64,000 nucleotides of DNA from a virus. A model generated the notes under the pieces. That model was not told the DNA's origin. It did no database searches and saw only the letters and a program-made list of their open reading frames with translations. The DNA lies in the IMG/VR virus record IMGVR_UViG_3300028384_000657, positions 10,152 through 74,151 of that record; one strand, given 5' to 3'. Made by a program: the position numbers and the translations under genes. Below are positions 29,684 through 40,986 of this stretch, piece by piece (within the stretch, counting starts at the first letter, position 1; every line of letters starts with the position of its first letter).

Positions 29684-30607
29684 TTGCCCAACACTCACCT
29701 AGATCACCTGGAAGATCTTATCTTCACGGGTCGTGGTCAGTTGCTCAATGCTCTTCGTGAGATCTATTCTGGTGTTCGTCTCTCTGTGAAGTGGGACGGT
29801 GCTCCTGCTATTGTTTTCGGTACTGATCCTCGTAATGGCAAATTTTTCGTGGGAACAAAGTCAGTCTTCAACAAAGTCAAAGTCAAAATCTGCTACGACC
29901 AGGAAGACATCGACAAATATTATAAGGGGAATGTTGCGGACATCCTTCGTCTATGTCTGTGCCATCTGCCTCGCCTCTCTGGCATTATCCAAGCTGATTG
30001 GATCGGGGTCGGTGGCGGCAGTGTTTACTGCCCTAATACTGTGGAGTATCGCTTTTCCTCTAAAACTTGTCGTGATATTATCCTTGCTCCACATACTTAC
30101 TATGACGAAATTTCTCCGAATGCTGTGGGGCGGGGTGGCGTTAGTCTTCCTTCTGCACTTGGCACTCAGTTCCTAGGACACGAAGAAGCACATGCTGTGC
30201 TTCGTAAGAAGGTAGGATTCAACTGGATTAAATTTATGTATCGTCTTGCCCGTTGTAAGGTGCCTAGCGAGAAGGCACGTCCTCATATTCTCAAGAATAT
30301 CAACGCATTTATTCGTATTGGTAGTCTGCCTTCTATGGATGTAATCTACTCTACGTTAGATGATAAATACAAGTGTGAGATTAATGTTACAACTTTAGAG
30401 GTGTGGCACCAAATCTTCCAACTGAAACAGCGTCTACTCGATGCTATTGTCGTTAATGGAACAGTTGATTGCTACATCGATGGACATCCCTCTCAACACG
30501 AAGGGTTTGTAACTGTTTCTGATAACCCAGTAAAACTAGTAGACCGACTGACTTTTAGTAAAGCAAACTTCAACCTTAATAAGAATTGGAAGAATGAAAA
30601 AGTTTAG
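29684..30607 (+). CDS. RNA-ligase-fold nucleotidyltransferase-like protein
   Basis: KWDG, EGFV and KLVDR motifs; TTG start after SD gagga (the ORF-track ATG at 29633 lies within the promoter). Confidence 0.6.
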   Translation: MPNTHLDHLEDLIFTGRGQLLNALREIYSGVRLSVKWDGAPAIVFGTDPRNGKFFVGTKSVFNKVKVKICYDQEDIDKYYKGNVADILRLCLCHLPRLSGIIQADWIGVGGGSVYCPNTVEYRFSSKTCRDIILAPHTYYDEISPNAVGRGGVSLPSALGTQFLGHEEAHAVLRKKVGFNWIKFMYRLARCKVPSEKARPHILKNINAFIRIGSLPSMDVIYSTLDDKYKCEINVTTLEVWHQIFQLKQRLLDAIVVNGTVDCYIDGHPSQHEGFVTVSDNPVKLVDRLTFSKANFNLNKNWKNEKV

Positions 30608-31754
30608 TGCTTTTCTAAACGAAGCCGAGAAATCATTCGCAGCAAAATCTGCAGAGAAATTAAATCTTAAGCATATTGGTTACGGTAGATATGCAGACCC
30701 TTCGGGGAATGTAACCCATATGAGTAAGGATGGAAAGCTTGTAAAATTAACACCAGGATCAGACACAGGAGAACGTCAGCAGAATGGAGGAGAAGAAACT
30801 GCAGATGGCTCGGGTAAGGTCGATCAAGGTGCAATATCTGTTACATTTGGAAGATTTAATCCACCTACTGTTGGACATGAACGTCTCATAGCAAAAGTAG
30901 CACAAGAGGCAAAATCCAATGGAGGAGAGTATAGAATATACCCCTCAAGGTCGCAGGATCCTAAGAAGAATCCCCTCGACCCAGGCACTAAAATTAAATT
31001 CATGCGCTTGGCTTACCCTGATCATGCCAATGCGATTGTCGATAGCGACAATATGCGTACTATTTTTGATGTTCTCACCGCCCTCGATTCTGACGGGTAT
31101 AGTTCAGTTAATATTGTGGTGGGAGGCGACAGGGTTTCTGAGTTCAATTCGCTCGCAACAAAATACAACGGCAAGTTATATACATTCGATGAAATCAAAG
31201 TAACATCTGCAGGTGGACGTGATCCTGATGCTGATGGTGTGGAGGGTATGTCTGCATCTAAGATGCGTAAGGCAGCAGTCGAAGGAGACTTTGATACATT
31301 TGATGACGGTCTTACTAAAGACTTGTCTAAGAAAGATCGAGAAGCATTATACTTGACACTTCGTCAATCTATGCAAGTAGAAGAATCTTACGATGATTTT
31401 GCTGAAGCATCTTATGCTGTTCATGAGATTGCTCCTAAGTTAGATCCTCAAGGTCTTCGTGAAGCATACTTTGATAGTGATATGTTTCAGGTAGGATGTT
31501 TTCTTGAAAATCTTAACACAGGGATCATTGGTAAAGTCGTTAGTCGTGGTAGCAATTATGTCATCTATATTGATGAGCATGATAATGTATTTCGTTCCTG
31601 GTTGAAAGATCTGGTAGAGCGCAATGATATCAAGTATTTTAATTTCACTCCTGCTGGTGAAATGGGTACAGATAAATTAGCAAACTACATGAGAAAATTA
31701 ACTCCTGGTGAGTTCATAAAGAAGATAAATAAAAAGGACAAGGTTACTGAGTAA
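30594..31754 (+). CDS. Cytidyltransferase-like (HIGH) nucleotidyltransferase
   Basis: [25 protein letters not shown]. Confidence 0.85.
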   Translation: MKKFSAFLNEAEKSFAAKSAEKLNLKHIGYGRYADPSGNVTHMSKDGKLVKLTPGSDTGERQQNGGEETADGSGKVDQGAISVTFGRFNPPTVGHERLIAKVAQEAKSNGGEYRIYPSRSQDPKKNPLDPGTKIKFMRLAYPDHANAIVDSDNMRTIFDVLTALDSDGYSSVNIVVGGDRVSEFNSLATKYNGKLYTFDEIKVTSAGGRDPDADGVEGMSASKMRKAAVEGDFDTFDDGLTKDLSKKDREALYLTLRQSMQVEESYDDFAEASYAVHEIAPKLDPQGLREAYFDSDMFQVGCFLENLNTGIIGKVVSRGSNYVIYIDEHDNVFRSWLKDLVERNDIKYFNFTPAGEMGTDKLANYMRKLTPGEFIKKINKKDKVTE

Positions 31755-31755
31755 G

Positions 31756-33429
31756 ATGAACTTAAACGAATTACCTGATATGTCTGCTGCACTGAAGAAG
31801 GTTCAGCAGTTCGATGAAAAGAAAAAATTAGATCCTGTTGGCAAGGAAGATTCCGATGTCAATAATGACGGGAAGGTAGATAGTAGTGACTCTTATCTTA
31901 AGAACCGAAGAAAAACTGTAAAGGCAGCGATTGCTAAAGAAGAGACTGAGCAAATCGATGAGATGATGCCTATCAGTATGATGAGAAATATGGGAATGAG
32001 TGGTAGTCAAATGGGTATTAAACCTGGTGGTGGTAATCCCCTTGGACTTACTGGCGGTAAAACTGATGCTGGTGGCGGTAAAACATTTACCAATAACGCT
32101 CGTTTGTTAGCAAGAAACCCTGCTAGTTATACTAGAGGAACCGTTCCTGGTAAGTCCAAAGGTGGTAAGGTAAAAACCCGTAAGGAAGCATGGGAGTATC
32201 TCGACAATAATGTTGATGAGATTCTGGAATGGTTTGATACTGAAGGTGTAGATGTTGAGGCACTGACCGAAGAGCAACTGCAGGAACTCCTCGGCGGTAT
32301 CGCTGGTGGACTCATGAACATGGGTAAGAAAGGCGGATTCATGAAGGGTGCTAGCACTGGTATTGGTGGTCTTCTTGGCAAGTCAATGGGCAACAGTCTG
32401 TTGGGATTCTCCAAGGGTGGTAAAGTCAAGAAAAAAATGAAGAAAGAAGCATTTGCATTTTCCGAAGAGGAAGAAGCATTGCTTGAAGAGCATGGTGCTG
32501 AAATCGATGAACTTACCGATGAGCAACTGGTTGACTTCTTTGTAGAAGCAATCGAAGATCTTGCTGTTGATGAAGAGGATCTGCTTGAGATCTGTGAAGA
32601 ACTGGAAGCAGTAGAACTTACTGAGGCAAGTGATAAGTATTATGATTCTGCAGTCAAGGCATCCAAGGATGCTGCTAAGAGACAACGCCCCTCTCGCGTT
32701 GAGCGTATGAAGGGTGCTGCTAAGAAGGCAGCAGGTGCAGTTAAGGCAGGCGTTAAGGGTGCTGCTAAGAAAGCAATCGGTGCTGGTGCTCGTGCTGCTG
32801 GTCATGCCAAGGGTGAGTTTGAAGCGGCTCGTATTAAGTCGAAGCGTGCTTCAATGGAGAGAACTCCTAAGAAGAAAGAAGATAAGAAAGATGACGATGG
32901 TACAGGTGGTAAGTTAGACGCACTGCTGAAGGATACCAGAGGCACCTCCAGTAGCAGTTCTTCCTCTGGTGGTGGCGGGGAAAGAGACGCAGGTTCTGAA
33001 GCAAGAGAGCGTATCAAGTCTAAGAAGAAGGGTCCTGGTCTCTTGAGCAGGATTGGTGGTGCAGTTAAGAAGGGTCTGAAGAAAGCGGTTGGTAAGACTG
33101 CTCGTGCCGTATCTAGCGGTAGCGACAAACTCGCTAAGCGTATGAACGAAGACTACGATAAGATTGCACATCTGCATGAGTCTGGTTTGTTCTCTATCGA
33201 AGAGATCGAGAACGTTATCGAAGAGGGTTACAAGCCCATCGATAAAAAGAAAGAAAACAAGATGTATCGCAGAGCAGGTAACCTGAGTCGTGAAGCACTT
33301 AGTAAAGGAATGAGTACTAAGGAAGGTTCTAAGGCACAGGACAAGTCTGGTAAGATTGTAAGCGCAATCTCTCGTCAAAAAGAGAAAGAGCGTTTCGATA
33401 AAATGGTAGACCACGACGCGAGGAAATGA
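31756..33429 (+). CDS. Putative internal head protein with alternating acidic and basic blocks
   Basis: DVNNDGKVD loop, many I/L-x-E sites, two SKGGKVK repeats. Confidence 0.65.
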   Translation: MNLNELPDMSAALKKVQQFDEKKKLDPVGKEDSDVNNDGKVDSSDSYLKNRRKTVKAAIAKEETEQIDEMMPISMMRNMGMSGSQMGIKPGGGNPLGLTGGKTDAGGGKTFTNNARLLARNPASYTRGTVPGKSKGGKVKTRKEAWEYLDNNVDEILEWFDTEGVDVEALTEEQLQELLGGIAGGLMNMGKKGGFMKGASTGIGGLLGKSMGNSLLGFSKGGKVKKKMKKEAFAFSEEEEALLEEHGAEIDELTDEQLVDFFVEAIEDLAVDEEDLLEICEELEAVELTEASDKYYDSAVKASKDAAKRQRPSRVERMKGAAKKAAGAVKAGVKGAAKKAIGAGARAAGHAKGEFEAARIKSKRASMERTPKKKEDKKDDDGTGGKLDALLKDTRGTSSSSSSSGGGGERDAGSEARERIKSKKKGPGLLSRIGGAVKKGLKKAVGKTARAVSSGSDKLAKRMNEDYDKIAHLHESGLFSIEEIENVIEEGYKPIDKKKENKMYRRAGNLSREALSKGMSTKEGSKAQDKSGKIVSAISRQKEKERFDKMVDHDARK

Positions 33430-34358
33430 TGTTATCTTTTAACGAACTACAAGAAAAAAAATCCAAGATCAAGATCAATCCTAAAAAAGATGATGTCATG
33501 GAAGGTTCTTGCGGATCCTACTCTAAGGGTGGTGAAGTAAAGAAGAACCATGGTGAGGATTGTGATTGTCAGAAATGCGAAAAGAAACGTCGCAAAGAAG
33601 ATCTTGGTGATGAAAAAACAGTATCTACGGAGGAATTAGCTTATGACAGTCAGGAAAAAGTTTCAGAAGAAGGCAATCAAGAAATCGCAGAAACTGAAAT
33701 TAAAAACCTCCTGACATTCGACGAACTTCAGTACGCGAAGACGTTGAACGAAGAACAACTTCAAGAGTTCCTCAAAGGTCTCTTTGGTGGTGGTAGCAAA
33801 CCTACTTCCAGCAGCAGTGGTCAAATGCCTAACCATAGTGGTCTTGCTAGTAAATTAGGTCAGCGTCGTCAGATGTTGAATAAGGCAATGGGCAAACCAG
33901 ACAACAAAGTTCTTGGTTTCTCCAAGGGCGGTAAGGTCAAGAAAGAAGAAGTTGAGCAAGTTAATGAGATCCTCGGTGGTATGTCTAAACCTGCTCCTGG
34001 TGGAAAAGGTGGTGGAGGTGGTTCTACCATGTCTAAACCACCTATCTCTTCTGGAGCACCAGATTCATCTATGGCTGCATTGAAATTATCGAAAGGTGGT
34101 AAAGTTAAGAAGAAGTCGTACAAAGAATCGTTAGAAATCTTTGGAGAAAGAAAGGAACTATCAATTGCTGATCAGATGAAAATCTCTCGCGAAGCAGCAG
34201 CGAAGAGAAAACCATATCAACCTGGTGATCGCGAAAAGCAACGTGCTGCTCAAATGAGAAATGCTGCTAAGAATGCGAAGAAGGATACTAGAACTGATGC
34301 TGAAAAGATGACTGATGCAACGGGTCCAAGACCTGGATCACGTTATAGAGGTGACTGA
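33426..34358 (+). CDS. Putative internal head protein with the same cassette type
   Basis: Three SKGG(K/E)VKK repeats; EQLQE and EQVNE sites. Confidence 0.65.
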   Translation: MMLSFNELQEKKSKIKINPKKDDVMEGSCGSYSKGGEVKKNHGEDCDCQKCEKKRRKEDLGDEKTVSTEELAYDSQEKVSEEGNQEIAETEIKNLLTFDELQYAKTLNEEQLQEFLKGLFGGGSKPTSSSSGQMPNHSGLASKLGQRRQMLNKAMGKPDNKVLGFSKGGKVKKEEVEQVNEILGGMSKPAPGGKGGGGGSTMSKPPISSGAPDSSMAALKLSKGGKVKKKSYKESLEIFGERKELSIADQMKISREAAAKRKPYQPGDREKQRAAQMRNAAKNAKKDTRTDAEKMTDATGPRPGSRYRGD

Positions 34359-34394
34359 GCATATATAGGATAGACCCCTTTATAGGCAAAAATT

Positions 34395-34601
34395 ATGTTA
34401 GTATCTTTCCTTCTCCCATTTGCTAAAAAGATTGTAGCAGATGCAGTTTCCAAGATTCCTGATGATGCGGAACTTGGTGAAAAACTGATTGATATCTGTA
34501 TCATGGTTCTGGAGAAAGCAGTCAAACTCACGAAGACAACTGCTGACGATAAACTGTTAGAAGCAGTGAAGAAAGCACTGGTCACTCGTGACGGTGAATG
34601 A
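34395..34601 (+). CDS. Small hypothetical protein
   Basis: T..TADDKLL motif. Confidence 0.6.
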   Translation: MLVSFLLPFAKKIVADAVSKIPDDAELGEKLIDICIMVLEKAVKLTKTTADDKLLEAVKKALVTRDGE

Positions 34602-34603
34602 TT

Positions 34604-34611
34604 TATAAATA
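34604..34611 (+). promoter_or_regulatory. T4-type late promoter
   Basis: TATAAATA. Confidence 0.75.
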
Positions 34612-34641
34612 ACTAATACGGAATACAACGTCGGAGAAACA

Positions 34642-35223
34642 ATGTCTTTATACGGAAGAGTTGACTCCACTGCTAACCAGACCGCTGTCGGTCTTACTAT
34701 TGGTAACAGCGGTGGGTCTGTAACAAAAACAATCGTCTTTGTTGACGAAACTGAAGCAGGTCTTGATGAGAACAAATCTCGTGGCATCACTGCTCCTGGT
34801 TGGTGGGCATATCACACCTATACTGATGTATCTGGTGCAACCCGTCACCGTGCAGAGCACCTGATGTTCCTCACGAATCCTGAGGCTAACGCTGATGAGA
34901 CCCTGAGCGACGACACCATCGCAGCAGACGTAACCAACACGATTGCATTCACCACCAATAACACCGACAAGACTGCATCTGGTGGCGCAGCAACCTTCCT
35001 GGTCGCTGTTACCGTTACCAACTCTGGCACCGCTACCTTCCAATGGCAGCGCCGCACCAGCAGCACTGGTCGCTTCAGCAATATCTCTGGTGCAACCAGC
35101 ACATCTCTGGCACTTACAGGTCTTACCACTGACGAAAACGGATACCAGTATCGCGTTAAAGTCAACTCCGACAATGGTGCTGAAGAGGTAATCTCCGACG
35201 TAGCAACACTGACAGTTAGCTAA
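34642..35223 (+). CDS. Virion structural protein with C-terminal Ig-like domain
   Basis: GITAPGWW; FQWQ...GYQYRV...SDVATLTV. Confidence 0.7.
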   Translation: MSLYGRVDSTANQTAVGLTIGNSGGSVTKTIVFVDETEAGLDENKSRGITAPGWWAYHTYTDVSGATRHRAEHLMFLTNPEANADETLSDDTIAADVTNTIAFTTNNTDKTASGGAATFLVAVTVTNSGTATFQWQRRTSSTGRFSNISGATSTSLALTGLTTDENGYQYRVKVNSDNGAEEVISDVATLTVS

Positions 35224-35585
35224 TGAAATTTGACGAACTGAATGAGTCTAACTACGTTCTGTTCGCCATTAAACATTATGAAAACCCTCATTGCGTAACA
35301 CGCGATGACTTTGATGAAGACATGAAACGCTTCAAGTATCTGAAAAGACTCTTGAAGCGTTATCTGCGAAGAGGTCCATTAAGGATTCATTTAATTATAA
35401 ATCATCTAATAATTTTGTATAATGTTTTTGGCGAAGCAGCGACTCCGCTATTATTTTTTAAGTTTGAACAAGAGTATTGGGGTATACTAAAGACGTTCTT
35501 GGTATACTTGAATAAATACCCCATAGGAATGTTACCTGAAATAGAAATTCAGGGAGAAATCTTAGAACAACTAGAAAGGATATGA
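35223..35585 (+). CDS. Conserved T4-like hypothetical protein
   Basis: FAIKHYENP, LIINHLIILYNVFG. Confidence 0.75.
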   Translation: MKFDELNESNYVLFAIKHYENPHCVTRDDFDEDMKRFKYLKRLLKRYLRRGPLRIHLIINHLIILYNVFGEAATPLLFFKFEQEYWGILKTFLVYLNKYPIGMLPEIEIQGEILEQLERI

Positions 35586-36139
35586 CCATGATGACTGCTG
35601 GCACTGGTGGATTTAGCGGGAGTGCTCCTGCTACAGGTCCCAATGCGGGTTTCGATCCGATTATGAAGTTTCGCAAGAAATTAAAAAAGACCAAAGTTAA
35701 ACTTGCTGGCGGCAATACGAACGAATCGTTTAGTGAATCTAAGGAAAATCCTAAGGCACCATCTAGGTTGTTTCAATACAAGGTAAAACTCCCTGAAGTT
35801 GGTGAGACTATTGTGTATGCATCTTCTCCTGCGGAACTAGCACGAAAACTTCGTATGGTTATCGCTCCTGGACATAGAGGAGATATTGAAATTGAAAGGG
35901 TACTGCCAGCAGCAGCAGGTAAGTTCTTTATGGACAAGCGCACAAAGCACATGCGAAATATTATGGGCGAAGAGGCGGACGGTGCTAGAGATGCTAAAGA
36001 AATGGCAGATGAAAGAGTTCGTGCTGAAAGAAAGAGAGCAGCGATGAAGAAGCAGGAACTTCAAAAAAGATTACAGACAAAGACCAGACAGTTGAAAAAG
36101 TCTGCTGCTGCAGGTCAAGCTCCGCCAGAGGAGAATTGA
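35582..36139 (+). CDS. Hypothetical protein
   Basis: ATGA-coupled ORF. Confidence 0.6.
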   Translation: MTMMTAGTGGFSGSAPATGPNAGFDPIMKFRKKLKKTKVKLAGGNTNESFSESKENPKAPSRLFQYKVKLPEVGETIVYASSPAELARKLRMVIAPGHRGDIEIERVLPAAAGKFFMDKRTKHMRNIMGEEADGARDAKEMADERVRAERKRAAMKKQELQKRLQTKTRQLKKSAAAGQAPPEEN

Positions 36140-36140
36140 T

Positions 36141-36569
36141 ATGGCATTCGGTCTAGGTAAACTTGCTGTTCTAGAAAGCAAGTTAGATATTTACGAAGAC
36201 TTATCCAAAGAAATGTTGGATAAGTTAGAACGTGCTTTAACAACACTTTCAGAGAATAGTAATAAAATCTCTATTGTGTTGGAGAGGCATGAGAACCGAT
36301 TGGAAGAAGGTGATAAATCTAATCTATTGATTATTAAAATGATCGAAGAGATGAAGGGTCAAGAAGAGAAGAATCATAAAGTCCTTCATGACAGAATCGA
36401 TAGAATACAAAAGAAAGTAGATGCTAACCAAAGGTTTGTAATTGGTGCAGGTGCTGTGCTAGCAACGCTAGGTCTGGTGGCACAGATTGCATTTCCTATT
36501 TACAGAACCTTGACAACCTCCACTCAAACGAGTATGATGGACGCACCAGCGATCCATCGAGTTGTCTGA
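36141..36569 (+). CDS. Coiled-coil protein with C-terminal TM segment
   Basis: Heptad pattern followed by a hydrophobic helix. Confidence 0.65.
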   Translation: MAFGLGKLAVLESKLDIYEDLSKEMLDKLERALTTLSENSNKISIVLERHENRLEEGDKSNLLIIKMIEEMKGQEEKNHKVLHDRIDRIQKKVDANQRFVIGAGAVLATLGLVAQIAFPIYRTLTTSTQTSMMDAPAIHRVV

Positions 36570-37551
36570 ATTTGTAGATGAGCATTACGTCAATCTTCTT
36601 TCTGGTCGTCTAGATAAGTTTTCTAGAAAGAAGAACGGACTATATAATTTTCGGTGTCCTTATTGCGGTGACTCTCAGAAGCATCGTAACAAGGCACGAG
36701 GGTATTTCTTTCGCCTCAAAGCGGATATGGTATACAAGTGCCATAACTGTGGCGTAGGTAGAACGCTGCCAAACTTTCTTAAGGATCAGGCACCTGATCT
36801 CTATGATGAATATATCATGGAGAGATACAAGAGTGGAACGACAGGTAAAGGATCTTATGTTCCCAAACCAAAATTTGAGAAACCTAAGTTTAAGAAAAAA
36901 GGTGAACTACAATCGATTGCCGATCTAAATAGTGATCACCCAGCAAAAGGATATCTACTTGGCAGAAAAATCCCTGAACAATTTTTTAAAGAAATTTTCT
37001 ACGCAGAAAGATTCTGTACATGGGTTAACACACAAAAACCATGTTTTGAAGAGGTCACTCGCGATCACTCTAGAATCATTATCCCGTTCATCGGAAGAGA
37101 TAACGAATGGTTTGGATTCCAAGGACGATCCCTCCGACCAGATGACAAACTCAGATACATAACTATCATGTTGGACGAGAATCGTCCAAAAGTGTATGGA
37201 CTAAATCGTGTTGATTTCAACAAAACGATCTATGTCACCGAAGGACCATTCGATAGTCTATACATAGATAACGCAATCGCCATGGCAGGTGCTGATGTAG
37301 ATTGGAACTTGCTTGAAGGGAGAGATGCTGTCTTTGTTTATGATAATGAACAGCGAAACAAACAAATCATCGACCGTATTAGTCAAACAATTGATAAGGG
37401 ATACGAAGTCGTTATTTGGCCAGATAATCTAGAAGAGAAAGATCTCAATGACATGTATATCGCTGGACATAACGTTCAATCTCTGGTAGAATTCAACACA
37501 TACTCAGGCTTAGAGGCACACATTAAATTAACTGAATGGAAAAAGGTATGA
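36562..37551 (+). CDS. gp61: DNA primase
   Basis: CPYCGDS, CHNC, EGPFDS, DNE, KDLND. Confidence 0.95.
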   Translation: MSEFVDEHYVNLLSGRLDKFSRKKNGLYNFRCPYCGDSQKHRNKARGYFFRLKADMVYKCHNCGVGRTLPNFLKDQAPDLYDEYIMERYKSGTTGKGSYVPKPKFEKPKFKKKGELQSIADLNSDHPAKGYLLGRKIPEQFFKEIFYAERFCTWVNTQKPCFEEVTRDHSRIIIPFIGRDNEWFGFQGRSLRPDDKLRYITIMLDENRPKVYGLNRVDFNKTIYVTEGPFDSLYIDNAIAMAGADVDWNLLEGRDAVFVYDNEQRNKQIIDRISQTIDKGYEVVIWPDNLEEKDLNDMYIAGHNVQSLVEFNTYSGLEAHIKLTEWKKV

Positions 37552-39845
37552 AAGAAATTCATGTAATCAAGCGTAGTGGTGAGAAAACACCCCTAGACCT
37601 TGATAAGATCCATGCAATGGCAGAACACGCCTGTAGAGGTCTTGCAGGTGTCTCTGAGAGTCAGGTTGAGATGAATGCCAACCTGCAATTTTTTGATGGT
37701 ATTAAGACTTCGGACATTCAAGAAATCTTGATCCGTTCGGCAAATGATTTGATTTCCCTGGAGTCTCCAAACTATCAGTTTGTTGCTGCTCGTCTTCTCT
37801 TGTTTAGTTTGAGAAAGGCAGTGTACAATGGTCATCCTGATGGGCACCCTCCTTTACTAGAGCATGTCAAAAAGTGTGTGGACATGGGCGTCTATGATGA
37901 TGGTATTCTCAGCAAATACTCTGAGGAGGAGTGGGAGAAACTGAATAGTTTCATGGATCATGACCGAGACTATTTGTTTACATATGCTGGCATTAGACAA
38001 GTAGCAGATAAATACCTTGTACAAGATAGAAGCAGTGGCGAAGTTTACGAAACGCCCCAGTTCATGTATATGATGGTGGCAGCGACACTGTTCCAAGATG
38101 ATGATAAGTTCTATCGTCTCGAATACGTCAAAAAGTATTATGACGCAATCTCCAAACACCGACTCAACATTCCCACACCTATCATGGCAGGGGTGCGAAC
38201 TCCACTTCGACAATTTGCGAGCTGTGTTCTTGTTGATGTTGATGACACCCTCGATAGCATCTTTAGTAGCGACATGGCTATTGGTCACTACGTTGCACAA
38301 CGTGCTGGTATCGGCATCAACGCAGGCAGAATCAGGGGTATCAACGCTAAAATCAGGGGCGGTGAAGTTCAGCACACAGGCGTTATTCCATTTCTCAAAA
38401 AGTTTGAGGCAACTGTCAGATGCTGCACTCAAAATGGAATCCGAGGTGGATCAGCTACTGTCCACTTTCCAATCTGGCACCAAGAAATCCAAGACATCAT
38501 CGTCCTAAAGAATAATAAAGGAACTGAGGACAACCGAGTCCGTAAGTTAGACTACAGTATTCAGTTCAGTAAACTCTTCTATGAGCGATTCATCTCCAAC
38601 GGTATCATCTCCCTCTTCAGTCCTCACGACGTGCCAGGTCTTTATGATGCTTTTGGTACTGATTCATTTGATAGTCTCTATGTGGACTATGAATCAGATC
38701 TCTCTATTCCAAGACAGACTATCGGCGCTCAAGAACTCATTCTTAGTCTCCTGAAGGAGAGAGCAGAGACTGGTCGTATTTACATTATGAATATTGACCA
38801 CTGTAATACTCACTCGTCCTTTAAGGATAAGGTTACTATGTCTAACCTTTGTCAGGAGATTACTCTTCCGACTGATCCTATCAATCATATTGATGGGTTG
38901 GGTGAGATTGCTTTGTGTATCCTGTCTGCTATCAACGTTGGTAAACTGAAGTCTCTTGATGAACTGGATGAACTGTGTGAACTGGCAGTTCGTGGTCTGG
39001 ATGCTCTGATTGACTATCAGCAATATCCTGTTAAGGCAGCAGAGAATAGCACTAAGAATCGTCGCTCTCTTGGTATTGGGTTCATTGGTCTGGCACATTA
39101 TCTTGCTAAGCATGGTGCCAACTATGATTCGCAGAAGGCGCATGACCTCGTTCATAAACTCACTGAGAGGTTCCAGTTTGCTCTTCTAACAGCGTCTAAT
39201 CGTATGGCAATGGAGAAGGGTCCTTGCGGTTATTTTGGTAAAACCAAATACGCTGATGGAATACTTCCTATCGATACATATAAGAAGGAAGTGGACGAAA
39301 TTGTACCGAATGATCTTTCATGTGATTGGGAATATCTCAGGGGACGGATTGTTGAGTACGGACTACGGCACAGCACGTTGTCCGCACAGATGCCTTCGGA
39401 GAGCAGCTCCGTTGTGTCAAACGCTACCAATGGAATCGAGCCGCCTCGCGACTACTTGTCCGTTAAGAAATCAAAGAAAGGACCTCTTAAGCAAATTGTG
39501 CCATCTTATACAACCCTCAAGGGAGCATACACCCTCCTCTGGGACATGCACAACAACGACGGATACATCAAAGTTACCGCCGTAATGCAGAAGTTCTTTG
39601 ATCAGGCAATTAGTGGTAACTGGAGTTACAATCCAGAGAATTATTCTGATAATGAAGTGCCTGTTTCTGAGATGGCAAAAGATCTTTTGACCACTTACAA
39701 GTATGGTTGGAAGACATCTTATTATCAAAACACATATGATAATAAGAAAGACGGAGAAGAGGTTGAACAAACTCCATCCGTAGATAATTTAATTGACCAA
39801 CTTATCACAGAAGAGGAAGATGACTGCGAGTCCTGTAAAATCTGA
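37548..39845 (+). CDS. nrdA: Ribonucleotide reductase class Ia alpha subunit
   Basis: ATP cone, ASCV, SNLCQE, SYY, C-terminal CESC. Confidence 0.97.
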   Translation: MKEIHVIKRSGEKTPLDLDKIHAMAEHACRGLAGVSESQVEMNANLQFFDGIKTSDIQEILIRSANDLISLESPNYQFVAARLLLFSLRKAVYNGHPDGHPPLLEHVKKCVDMGVYDDGILSKYSEEEWEKLNSFMDHDRDYLFTYAGIRQVADKYLVQDRSSGEVYETPQFMYMMVAATLFQDDDKFYRLEYVKKYYDAISKHRLNIPTPIMAGVRTPLRQFASCVLVDVDDTLDSIFSSDMAIGHYVAQRAGIGINAGRIRGINAKIRGGEVQHTGVIPFLKKFEATVRCCTQNGIRGGSATVHFPIWHQEIQDIIVLKNNKGTEDNRVRKLDYSIQFSKLFYERFISNGIISLFSPHDVPGLYDAFGTDSFDSLYVDYESDLSIPRQTIGAQELILSLLKERAETGRIYIMNIDHCNTHSSFKDKVTMSNLCQEITLPTDPINHIDGLGEIALCILSAINVGKLKSLDELDELCELAVRGLDALIDYQQYPVKAAENSTKNRRSLGIGFIGLAHYLAKHGANYDSQKAHDLVHKLTERFQFALLTASNRMAMEKGPCGYFGKTKYADGILPIDTYKKEVDEIVPNDLSCDWEYLRGRIVEYGLRHSTLSAQMPSESSSVVSNATNGIEPPRDYLSVKKSKKGPLKQIVPSYTTLKGAYTLLWDMHNNDGYIKVTAVMQKFFDQAISGNWSYNPENYSDNEVPVSEMAKDLLTTYKYGWKTSYYQNTYDNKKDGEEVEQTPSVDNLIDQLITEEEDDCESCKI

Positions 39846-40986
39846 AGTAGAAGGAATGACCGTATTTAACAAAACCAAAGTAGACACAAAAAATCAACCT
39901 ATGTTCTTTGGGCAACCTCTTGGTGTCCAAAGATATGACGAATATAAGTATCCTGTATTTGACAAATTGACCCAGCAGCAACTGGGATATTTCTGGAGAC
40001 CAGAAGAAGTATCATTACAAAAGGACCGCAGTGATTACCAAACTTTATCGGAACAGCAAAGGCACATTTTTACCAGCAATCTTAAATACCAAATCATGCT
40101 GGATTCTGTACAAGGGCGCGGTCCTGGGATGGCTTTTATCCCTTACTGCTCACTCCCTGAACTAGAAGCATGTATGACAGTATGGGAATTTATGGAGATG
40201 ATCCATAGTCGTTCCTATACATATATTATTAAGAATGTATATTCTAATCCTGGTGATGTCTTTGACACTATCTTGGATGATGAGAATGTAATGTCTCGTG
40301 CCTCATCAGTTACTGAATCGTATGATAGTTTCATCGAACATGCTCATCAGTATGATGGCAGCACTATGTGGGATCTTGCAAGAGAAGGTCACCAGGGTGG
40401 ACAATGGGAACGCCGTGAGTTGAAGCGTAAACTCTATAGAGCAATTGCTAATGTCAATATCCTCGAAGGAATCCGTTTCTATGTGTCGTTTGCGTGCTCG
40501 TTTGCTTTTGGCGAGAATAAACTTATGGAGGGCTCGGCTAAGATTCTCTCTCTTATCGCTAGAGATGAAAGCCAACACCTGGTTATCACGCAAAATATCC
40601 TCAGAAAATGGTCAGAAGGAGACGACCCAGAAATGAAACTGATTGCTCAGGAGGAGCAATCATATGTCACTGAAATGTTTAAGCGTACTGTAGAAGAAGA
40701 GAAAGCGTGGGCTAATTATCTTTTCAGAGATGGTAGTTTGATTGGACTTAACGATCGTTTGTTGTATAACTATGTTGAGTGGATTGCAAATCGTAGGATG
40801 AAGGCAGTCGGTATCAAACCGATTTACGACATTCCTGCAAAGAACAATCCTCTTCCTTGGACTGAGCACTGGCTCAATTCTAAGGGACAACAAAACGCAC
40901 CTCAGGAAACGGAGATTGAATCGTATGTCGTCGGAGGAATTAAACAAGATGTCACAGCAGGAACCTTCGCTGGATTCTCTTTGTGA
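39820..40986 (+). CDS. nrdB: Ribonucleotide reductase beta subunit
   Basis: FWRPEE, EMIHSRSY, EGIRFY, RDESQH, APQETE. Confidence 0.97.
   Translation: MTASPVKSEVEGMTVFNKTKVDTKNQPMFFGQPLGVQRYDEYKYPVFDKLTQQQLGYFWRPEEVSLQKDRSDYQTLSEQQRHIFTSNLKYQIMLDSVQGRGPGMAFIPYCSLPELEACMTVWEFMEMIHSRSYTYIIKNVYSNPGDVFDTILDDENVMSRASSVTESYDSFIEHAHQYDGSTMWDLAREGHQGGQWERRELKRKLYRAIANVNILEGIRFYVSFACSFAFGENKLMEGSAKILSLIARDESQHLVITQNILRKWSEGDDPEMKLIAQEEQSYVTEMFKRTVEEEKAWANYLFRDGSLIGLNDRLLYNYVEWIANRRMKAVGIKPIYDIPAKNNPLPWTEHWLNSKGQQNAPQETEIESYVVGGIKQDVTAGTFAGFSL

Noticed and set aside
21582-40986. Introns or inteins in gp43, gp41, nrdA, nrdB (also checked psbA and psbD)
   Set aside because: All are uninterrupted and of normal length.
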